DNA from: Bacteroidales bacterium
Lineage (GTDB): Bacteria > Bacteroidota > Bacteroidia > Bacteroidales > M50B96
DNA length: 55,022 bases
Reading direction: 5' to 3'
NCBI GenBank assembly: GCA_021739985.1
Contig: JAIPAR010000002.1
Coordinates: forward strand, 1 to 55,022
In this document: positions 10,224 to 20,000 of the stretch, one piece after another
Layout: every line of letters begins with the position of its first letter
Numbering within the stretch: position 1 is the stretch's first letter
Notes under the pieces: generated by a model
Told to the model about the DNA's origin: nothing
What the model saw: only the letters and a program-made list of their open reading frames with translations
The model's database searches: none
Position numbers and translations under genes: made by a program

Positions 10224-10898
10224 TTATTTAAATAAGAGAACATAAATGGGCAGAATCGCAAATCCAACTCCTATGAGTATAGCATATAATAAGCCCAGCG
10301 TAGAGAGTCTCTTTCTCCATTTTTGATTACTCAGTCCCAGGGTTTGGAAGGAAGACCAAAATCCATGACTTAAATGTAATCCAAGAAAAACAGAAGCAAT
10401 AATGTAAATTAAGCTAAACCATACAATTTTAAATTTCTCGACAACAAGCGTGTAAGTGTCGTGGGTAGCTTGTCCATGGAGAGTTGTTTCAGGAACTGCT
10501 CCTTCACCACCAAATTTAATCTTAATGTAAAAATCGGCCAGGTGAACAGCCAGAAAGGTGAGAACCAATGCACCCAGAATGTACATGTTTTTACTTGGCC
10601 AGGAAGAGCTTTCAGAATCATTTCTGACCGCATATTTTTCTGGTCTTGCCCGCTGATTTTGAAGGGTTAGAATAGATGCATACAGAATATGCACGATGAA
10701 ACCAACTCCAAGCATAGGCTCTATGATTTTTATGATCGGATTTGTTGCCATAAAATGTGCTGCTGCATTATATGCATCAGGACCTACCAAAATCATTAGA
10801 TTCACCACCAGATGAACTAATAGGAAAACGATAAGAAACAATCCTGTGATGCTCATAATCAGTTTTTTACCGATAGATGCGCTGAATAAATTGCTCAT
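10224..10898 (-). CDS. sdhC: Succinate dehydrogenase/fumarate reductase cytochrome b subunit
   Basis: About five TM helices with heme-ligand His residues (LVHL, IVHI, AVHL, LHLSHG); first gene of the CAB operon. Confidence 0.93.
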   Translation of the reverse strand: MSNLFSASIGKKLIMSITGLFLIVFLLVHLVVNLMILVGPDAYNAAAHFMATNPIIKIIEPMLGVGFIVHILYASILTLQNQRARPEKYAVRNDSESSSWPSKNMYILGALVLTFLAVHLADFYIKIKFGGEGAVPETTLHGQATHDTYTLVVEKFKIVWFSLIYIIASVFLGLHLSHGFWSSFQTLGLSNQKWRKRLSTLGLLYAILIGVGFAILPIYVLLFK

Positions 10899-10950
10899 AA
10901 ACTGTTAAAAATTAGTAATTAGTAAGAAGCGTAGAATAATTTTATCTTCG

Positions 10951-10958
10951 CAAATGTA
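10951..10958 (-). promoter_or_regulatory. -7 promoter element for sdhCAB
   Basis: TACATTTG on the minus strand, about 50 nt upstream of sdhC. Confidence 0.6.
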
Positions 10959-11022
10959 ATTAAAAGTAGATAGGAGTTCAACCAACATCCCTAGATATCT
11001 CGATATTTAAATTAATTCTAAA

Positions 11023-12312
11023 ATGCGACAGGAATCATTGCCCTCAACTTTTTTTTCGAAAAATCGACAAGAATTGTGTCAGTTGGTCGAATCAAAATCC
11101 ACGATAATCCTTTTTTCGAATGATTTGATGTCTCGAAATGGGGATCAATATTTTCCTTATAGACAAGATTCTGACTTCTACTATTTGACCGGAATAGAGC
11201 AAGTAAATTCTACATTGGTCATATGTCCGGATCATACTGAAACGGCTCTTCGTGAAGTGCTTTTTATTGATAAACCTGATCCGGATAAAGAAAAGTGGAA
11301 TGGTTCATTGTTAATCCGGGAACAAGCAAAGGATATATCTGGAATAGAAAATGTGTTTTATTTGGAGGATTTTGAAGGATTAATTCCTCAGTTCTTAATG
11401 CAATCAGTGAATATATATCTTAATTCAAATGAATACCCAAAGTATAATTCACAAGTTCAATCTAAAAATCATCGAAATGCATTAATTCTGATGCAAAAAT
11501 ATCCCCTCTTCTCCTTCAAAAGGTTGCAGCCACTCCTGATTTCGATGCGTTTGATTAAAAAACCGGAAGAATTAGGCCAAATTAAAATGGCCTGTTCAAT
11601 TACGAATAGATCCTTTAAGCAGGCATTAAAAGTACTTCAACCGGGGATAAAAGAGTATGAAATAGAAGCTGAAATTTTAGCTGAGTTTATTCGACAGGCT
11701 TCAGATTCTCCTGCTTACGCACCAATTATTGCAAGTGGCAGAAATGCATTGATTTTGCACTATATTAAAAACGCTGCAGTCTGTTTGGACGGTGACCTGG
11801 TTTTAATGGATTTTGGGGCAGAATATGGAAATTATGCATCTGATTGCTCACGTACAGTTCCGGTAAATGGACGGTTTTCACCTAGACAAAGGCAAGTATA
11901 TTCCTCAGTGTTAAAAGTCTTTAAGGAAGCAAAAAAACTTTATATCCCCGGGAATTCAATTCAAGCTATTAACCAACAGGTAGCAGAATGGTTACAAGAT
12001 GAAATGGTACAGTTGCAATTGCTTACCAAACATGAAATTAAACAGGCCTTACCGGGGAAAGCCTATATGAAATATTATTATCATGGTGCTGCTCATTTTA
12101 TGGGACTTGATGTGCATGACCCCGGAGGCAAGGAGATAATCTTGCAAGAAGGCATGGTTCTTACTTGTGAGCCTGGATTATATATTCCCGAAGAAAATCT
12201 TGGAGTTCGCATCGAAAATGATATCTTAGTCCATTCGAATCCTATTGATTTAATGGAAGAAATTCCTGTTGAAATAGAGGAAATTGAAAACCTTATTTGT
12301 TCATTAAAATAG
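11023..12312 (+). CDS. pepP: Xaa-Pro aminopeptidase (M24B)
   Basis: RQDSDFYYLTG, LHY, DFGAE..YASD, HGAAHFMGLDVHD, EPGLY, RIEND. Confidence 0.9.
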   Translation: MRQESLPSTFFSKNRQELCQLVESKSTIILFSNDLMSRNGDQYFPYRQDSDFYYLTGIEQVNSTLVICPDHTETALREVLFIDKPDPDKEKWNGSLLIREQAKDISGIENVFYLEDFEGLIPQFLMQSVNIYLNSNEYPKYNSQVQSKNHRNALILMQKYPLFSFKRLQPLLISMRLIKKPEELGQIKMACSITNRSFKQALKVLQPGIKEYEIEAEILAEFIRQASDSPAYAPIIASGRNALILHYIKNAAVCLDGDLVLMDFGAEYGNYASDCSRTVPVNGRFSPRQRQVYSSVLKVFKEAKKLYIPGNSIQAINQQVAEWLQDEMVQLQLLTKHEIKQALPGKAYMKYYYHGAAHFMGLDVHDPGGKEIILQEGMVLTCEPGLYIPEENLGVRIENDILVHSNPIDLMEEIPVEIEEIENLICSLK

Positions 12313-12318
12313 TAAAAT

Positions 12319-13704
12319 ATGTTTCAGTCATCAGTTTACGCAAATCGCAGGAATGCACTGCGTTCCGGTATGTCATCAGGTTTAGTCCTGATTCCGGGTA
12401 ATAATGATTCCCCGATGAATTATCCTGCAAATACCTTCACTTTTAGGCAGGATAGTAATTTTTTATACTTTTTCGGATTAGACCATCCGGGCTATTTTGG
12501 AGTGATGGATATCGATACCGGCAAGGATTATATTTTTGGGGAAGATGTTGATATCGATGATATTATTTGGATGGGACCTCAGGATAGTCTGGCAGAGAAG
12601 GCCCTTTTTGCAGGCGTTGAATTTACAGGGAAGGTGTCCGAAGGAATGGATTTCATGAAACAGGCTATCGCCCTGGGAAGAAAAATCCATTTTACCCCTC
12701 CCTATCGGTTTGATAATCTTCTATTCCTTGAAAGAATTCTAGGCCTAAATCATGCCTGGATAAAGTCTTATGCATCCGTTGAATTAATTAAAGGAATTGT
12801 CCGTTTGCGTGAGGTTAAAGAAGATGTTGAAATTCTGGAATTGGAAAAAGCTGCAGCAATTGGCTATTTGATGCACACAACTGCTATGCGGATGGCAAAA
12901 CCCGGGGTGGTGGAGCGTGAGATTGCTGGAACTATGGAAGGAATTGCACTGGCTGCCGGAGGCGGAGTTTCCTTTCCGGTGATTCTTTCAGTGAATGGAG
13001 AGACCTTACACAATCATTATCATGGAAATACACTTACCGCTGATAGATTGTTGCTCTGCGATGCCGGAGCTGAAACAGCTAGTCATTATGCATCCGATTA
13101 TACGCGAACCTTTCCGGTTTCCGGGAAATTCTCTACCAAGCAACGGGAAATCTATGAGATAGTCCTGGCTGCAAATAATAAGGCCGCTGAAATGGCTGCT
13201 CCCGGAATTGCCTACCAACAAGTTCATCTTGCTGCGGCCAGAGTAATAGCTCAAGGTCTAACCGATTTAGGATTGATGAAAGGCAATGTGGATGAAGCTG
13301 TGAAGGCAGGTGCTCATGCCATGTTTTTCCCGCATGGACTCGGTCACATGATGGGACTTGATGTGCATGATATGGAAGATATGGGTGAAAATTTTGTAGG
13401 ATATGATAACGAAATACAACGGATAAACCAATTTGGAACAGCTTACCTCCGACTGGGCAAAAAGTTAAAGCCAGGATTTGTGCTTACCAATGAACCAGGG
13501 ATTTATTTCATTCCAGCTCTTATACAAAAATGGGAAGCGGAAAAAATAAATTCCGAATTTATTGATTTTCAAAAAGTTAAACAGTATCTAGGTTTTGGAG
13601 GAATTCGGCTGGAGGATGATTTACTAATTACACAACAAGGGAATCAACTCATTGGGAATCGAATCCCCATCACGGTAGAAGAAATAGAGCGTTTCATGGC
13701 ATAA
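12319..13704 (+). CDS. Second Xaa-Pro aminopeptidase/prolidase (M24B)
   Basis: FRQDSNFLYFFG, DAGAE..YASD, HGLGHMMGLDVHD, EPGIY, GGIRLEDD. Confidence 0.9.
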   Translation: MFQSSVYANRRNALRSGMSSGLVLIPGNNDSPMNYPANTFTFRQDSNFLYFFGLDHPGYFGVMDIDTGKDYIFGEDVDIDDIIWMGPQDSLAEKALFAGVEFTGKVSEGMDFMKQAIALGRKIHFTPPYRFDNLLFLERILGLNHAWIKSYASVELIKGIVRLREVKEDVEILELEKAAAIGYLMHTTAMRMAKPGVVEREIAGTMEGIALAAGGGVSFPVILSVNGETLHNHYHGNTLTADRLLLCDAGAETASHYASDYTRTFPVSGKFSTKQREIYEIVLAANNKAAEMAAPGIAYQQVHLAAARVIAQGLTDLGLMKGNVDEAVKAGAHAMFFPHGLGHMMGLDVHDMEDMGENFVGYDNEIQRINQFGTAYLRLGKKLKPGFVLTNEPGIYFIPALIQKWEAEKINSEFIDFQKVKQYLGFGGIRLEDDLLITQQGNQLIGNRIPITVEEIERFMA

Positions 13705-13724
13705 ACCCTGATAAATGAACTGAT

Positions 13725-13771
13725 AAAAAAGGCTGTCAAGGAAGCAATAGTTCCCGATAGCCTTTTTTTTT
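13725..13771 (+). terminator. Terminator after the peptidase pair
   Basis: AAAAAAGGCTGTC...GATAGCCTTTTTTTT. Confidence 0.8.
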
Positions 13772-14086
13772 ATAATGAATCTCTTCAAAGGCTTGTAAAA
13801 GCTAATAAATTCAATAAAAAATAAGCGCATGAGGTTGAATAATATAAAAAAATAGATTATGTTTACTACTTGTATAAATTGGACTAGAAAATAACCAATT
13901 AAATAAGAATGATAGTTTTTAACTCGCTTGATTTCAGGCAAGTAGTGAATTATGGATTTGTTGCGTGTACTTATTCTTTAATAAGAAAATCAGTACATGA
14001 AATGATTTTGGGCGTTTTGGTAGCATGATTAAAAGGAAATAAAAGCATAAAAAGTACAGAATAATTAATAATTTAAACTTAACATT

Positions 14087-17000
14087 ATGAGAAACTCTAC
14101 AAATCTCGTTCAATTACCAAGCGGTAATGTTGTTTTCTCAAAGGTTAAATGGGTCGGGCTAATGCTCTCTCTGTTTACCCTATTGATGATAAACTTCAAT
14201 TCTTCTCTGGCGCAGCAGTGTGGTGTTAGTGTAACTTTTCAGACATCTGATTTCAATGGATCCGACGTTACTTGCTTCGGAGCAACAGATGGTTCTGTTA
14301 AAGCCTTACCTATCGGAGGAGCCACCTTTCAGTATCAGTATGCATGGGCGTCCAATACTGCAATCCCAAACCCTGGGAATAGCCAGGTTTGGTACAATCT
14401 TAGCGCTGGAACCTATACGGTAACAGTCACAGATATTAATATGTGTACTGCCGTCGGAACTGTTACCCTCACAAATCCTGCGGCACTTTCAATCACTGGT
14501 GTAACACATCAAGATGTAACCTGTAATGGGGAAGAGGATGGCTCAATTTCTGTTACCGGAGTCACTGGAGGGATGATGGATGTTAATCAAACCTATTATT
14601 ATTATTGGTATTTGACTGGCAATACGGATGTCTTTATTCCTGGCACCGGCAATAGCACTTCAATATCTAACCTATCAGGAGATTCCTACAAAATCGTTGT
14701 TGTTGATGCTAACAATTGTCAGGATTCTGAAATAATCGATGTTTTTGAAGCTGAAGGAATGACTAAAACAGGTGGGGCAATAACCCATCCATCCTGTTTT
14801 AATTATGAAGATGGCGAAATTGCCAATGTTATTATGGACGGTGGAGTTCTACCTTATTCCTACCAATGGTATAAAAATGGTAATATTCTTGTAAATGAAA
14901 CAACTGAGGGAATATCAAATATTGGAGATGGAACTTATACACTTGAAGTTACGGATCATGATGGATGCTCAAAATCATATACATTTAACGTAATAGAGCC
15001 AGCAGCAATCACTGCTAATGTTGTTTTAGTTGATGCAATTTCTTGTAATGGTACAAATGATGGTTCTTTAACTGTTGATATTTTACCTGTCGGCGGAATT
15101 TATGATATTATTTGGTCTGGATTAAATGTTAATGGGAATACAAATTTAACTATATCGAATTTGGTACCGGGAACCTATAGCGTTCAGGTACAAGATAACA
15201 ACGGCTGTCCTGCAACAGGTTCTGCCAGTGGCGATCCTAGTTTACCCGGAACCTGGACTTATGTCAATACAGGTATAAATCATACCTTCTATCTGGCTGC
15301 TGCCGATTATGGAATGATTGGAGGAACTCACCAAATTAGCGCAGGCGACTACCTGGGAGCTTTTGTTGGCAACCTTTGTGTTGGATATGCAGTTGTTGGA
15401 GCGGATAATACAGTTCTTACAGCATGGGCTAACGATTCTGAAACCGGTGGTAAAGATGGATTTGATAATGGTGATGTAGTTGAATTCAGATTATTCCGTC
15501 CTCTCGTAGATGAGTTTGTGATGGATAATGCAACTTTCGAAGTTATCCCGGGTACTGTTTCTAATGGAACGTTTTATGAAGAAGGTGCTTCTGTATTAAA
15601 TGGTCTTTCATTTCAAGATGTTTATCCAACTTCCAGTATTGCAATGACTCTCACTCAGCCAAGTGTTCTTATGGGATCAGCTGTGCCTACACATGTTTCA
15701 TGTAATGGTGATGAAGATGGCTCAATCAATTTAACTGTATCAGGTGGAACTTCACCTTATACTTTTGTATGGTCTCTTAATGGGTTGGTAACTGAAGATA
15801 TTTCAGATTTAGATGCAGGTAACTACATAGTCACAATTACAGACCATAACAATTGTGAGACCACAGCCAATGCTACAATCACTCAACCTGCTATTCTGTC
15901 TTTTAATGGTTCCGCTACAATTACTGACGTAGCTTGTCATGGTTTAAGCACTGGAATTATTCAGGCTCCTGCTATCGCTGGTGGAACAAGTCCTTATACT
16001 TATTTATGGAGCAATGCTGCTACAACTTCAAGTGTAACTGGCTTAAATGCTGGAACGTATGATTTAACTATTACAGATGCGCATAATTGCACCATTACTG
16101 ATTCATATGATGTTAACCAACCCGCTGCTGCACTTGCTGCATCAGGTATTACCACCAACATCAATTGTTTTGGTGATTTATCCGGAGGTATCAATTTGTC
16201 AGTTACTGGTGGAACAGCTCCTTATTCTTTTGCATGGTCCAATGTTGCAATTACAGAAGATCTCTCAAATGTAGCAGCAGGTAGTTATACCGTTACCGTT
16301 TCCGATGATCATTCATGTACTACTGTTGAGACTTTCCTTCTAACTCAACCGGTTGCAGCTCTTTCGTTCACCAATATTACGCTTTCGGAATACAATGGTT
16401 ACGGAGTTGAGTGCCCCGGAGATGATAATGGATCAATTAGTGTTTCAGTAACCGGTGGTTCTGAACCTTACAATTATAGTTGGTCAACAGGCAGCACGTT
16501 AAACAATATAAACACGTTGAGTGCAAATGTGTCATATGTGTTAACAGTTACTGATAATAAGGGTTGTACGCTTACAACTAGCCAAACACTTACTGAACCT
16601 GACGCATTATCCTTTACTAATGTGAATGAAAATGTACATTGTGTTAATGGTTCAAATGGATTAATAAATCTGACGGTATATAATGGTGTAACACCTTATA
16701 CTTATAGTTGGAGTAATGGTCAACAAACTCAAGACATTAGTTTACTTGTTGCAGGAAATTATAGCGTAACAGTTAGCGATGCTAATGATTGTCAACATGT
16801 TGAAAATTACACAATTACAGAACCATTAGCAATCTCAATTACAGAAGATTTTTCAGATTATAATGGCTACAATGTTCAGTGTAATGGTGGTGATAATGGA
16901 GAAATTGAACTTACTGTTTTAGGTGGGACTGCTCCTTATTTCTATGGATGGAGTCATGATGTGAATGCAACCACTGCTCTTGTAACAGATTTAGAAGCTG

Positions 17001-20000
17001 GAAGTTACACGGTTACCGTTACAGATGCATTTGGATGTACAGCTACCGAAATTTATACACTGGATGAGCCTACCGCAATGGTCGTTCAAGTTACTCCGAG
17101 TCCTGCTCTTTGTAATGGAGATGATAATGGTTCCATTCTTGTCAATATCGCAAATGCCATTGGAGATGTAACTATTACCTGGAATGGTGGGGGGCCAGTC
17201 ACTATTGACGAACTCAACAATGATTCTTATGGTATATTAGGATTATCTGCTGGTACTTATACGGTAACTGTTCAAGATGAAAATACTTGTTCAGCAGGAT
17301 CTGCTGTTGCCGCAACTCCTACAGGTTGGGACTATGTTGAAAATACGGGAGCTGATCATCAAATGATTGTACCTGTTGGTGGATTATTTGAAATCGCTCC
17401 AGGGATTCCAGTACAGAATGGCGACTATTTAGGAGTCTTCTTCGATGATAATGGTGATAAAGTTTGTGGTGGATTTCTTATCTATGATGGTGTAAATAAT
17501 TCTTTTGCAGTATGGGGAGATGATATTTTTACCATAGAGAAAGATGGCTTTTTAGAAGGTGAAGCTTTTGTATGGAAGATATTTAGACCTTTTGCCGGAG
17601 AATTTGATGCTTTTGTTACTTATGCTCCAATTGGTGGTTCTGTATTCAATACTAATTTGTTTGAAACAGATGGAACCTCTGCCATTACTGCCATGAATTC
17701 CAATATTGATTATGGTGAAGTTAACATCACAACTGCTGTAGTTAGTGAGCCGGAAGTGTTAGAAATAGTAAGTATGGTTGCCCCTTTAATTCAGTGTCAT
17801 GATGAAGTAACTAGTATTACAGCTAATGTTGAAGGTGGTACACTACCTTATACCTTTACCTGGTCTGGTGATGCATCAATAACTTCAGCAATTACGAACA
17901 AAATTGCCGGTACTTATGATGTAACAGTTACTGATGCAAATGCTTGTACGGCAATTGCACAGAAAGTAGTAAATAATCCAGACGCTATTGTATTCACTAT
18001 TGATACAGATGATGTTCTATGTTATGGGGACAATACTGGTTCAGCAGTTATCGCTACTGAAACTGGCGGATACGCCCCTTATACTTATACTTGGGAAGCT
18101 GGTCCAGCTACCTTGGCCTTTGGCACTTATCATGTTACTTTAACTGATGCTCAAGGTTGTACGGAAGTTGAAACATTCAATATTAATCAACCAGACACAT
18201 TAGTTACTACGGCTGCGATTACTCACGTTCTTTGCAATACAGCTGCTACAGGACAAATAGTTTTGACTACTATCGGTGGCACTGCACCTTATGATTATGA
18301 GTGGAGCGTTCCTGGTAATACCAATACAATTAGTAACCTGGTAGCTGGTTCCTATTCTGTCACCGTTGAAGATTTTCAAGGTTGTTTAAATATTCATACT
18401 ATCGCAATTACACAACCAGATCCTATTTCAATTTCTCAATTTACGATTAGTGATTATAATGGGTATGGTGTAAAATGTAATACAAGCACTGAGGGATTCG
18501 TAAATATTACTCCTGCAGGTGGGGTTGCTCCTTATTCCTATGAATGGTCTGATGGTCAAACCACACAAAACGCAATTAATCTGGCTGGTGGCTTAGGTGT
18601 AGTATATGATGTTACTATTACCGATCACAATTCATGCACTTTCACTAGTCAATCTTATGCGATTACTGCTCCTGATGCACTTTCTGCTGATGCTATCGTT
18701 ACTTCCTCTTTCAATACAAACATAGGAGGTCCATTTAATACTTCATGTAATGGTTTGGATGGAGAAGCTGAAGTTGCTGCAAATGGTGGTGTTGGAAATT
18801 ACTCCTATGAATGGAGCAATGGAGACTTAACTACTGAAATTGATGGACTTGCTGGTGGTACTTATACTGTAACAGTTACGGATGCAAATGCATGTACTAT
18901 TACTGATGTCATTACGGTTACAACTCCCGGACCTGTTAATGTTGAAATCAATCATGCTAGTGATTATAATGGTTTCGATGTAGCTTGTTATGGAGGTTCC
19001 AATGGCGGAATCCAATTAGATTGGGATGGTGGCGTTGGTGAATTCGATATCTACTGGGTAAACTGGGGCAATAATAGTAACTTAAATATTGCAAATCAAA
19101 CAATTACGGTTAACACATTCCCGGCTGGTACATTCTATGCTGTTATTGTTGATGCTAATGGATGTGCTGCTCAATCTTCTACAATTACTTTAGATCAGCC
19201 AACCGAAATTACTTTACCAAATCCTGCCGCATTTGCTCCTACATGTCATAATGGTAATGATGCATATATTGATATTACTAATATCACTGGTGGCTTTTCC
19301 GATGGCTTACATCCTTATACTGCTTCTTGGTTCTTCCCAAGTAATATTCCTTTCTCTTTGGGTCTGGTGCATACTGGTTTATCACCTGATATTACTTATA
19401 CTGGTCAAGTTACTGATGGAAATAATTGCTCTAAGTTGATTTATGTTACTACACCAAATATTTCTGAAATTGAGGTTAGTAATATCGCCGTTACAGATGT
19501 TTTATGCAATGGTGCCAGTACAGGTGAAATTACCGCTGATGTAATCGGTGGTCATGGTAACTATACTTTTGGAACCAACTTTGCAGGTCCTTATACGGCA
19601 AATGAAACAACTGGTTTAGCTGCTGGTACCTATACTTTATATGTTCGTGATGCACAAAATTGTACAGTTAATGTACCCAATATTGTTGTGGAAGAGAATT
19701 CACTTATTGTTCCAACAGAAGCAATTACCCATGTTGCATGTAATGGAGAAGCAAATGGTGCAATCACAATTACAACACTTGGCGGAATAGCTCCTTATTC
19801 ATATATATGGGCTGCACCAGTAAATTCAACAAATAGTGATATTGCTGGTCTTATTGCAGGTGACTATACAGTTACGATTACCGATAGCGAAAGTTGTGAA
19901 CGTTCATTTACCTATACTGTAACTGAGCCGGATGTACTTGAAATAACTGCTGCTATTGAAATTGATGCCAATTGCTACAATGCTGCCACTGGTCAAGTTG

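Noticed and set aside
13624-13941. 105-aa hydrophobic minus-strand ORF
   Set aside because: AT-rich intergenic translation that crosses a terminator and overlaps the peptidase end; no recognisable motif.
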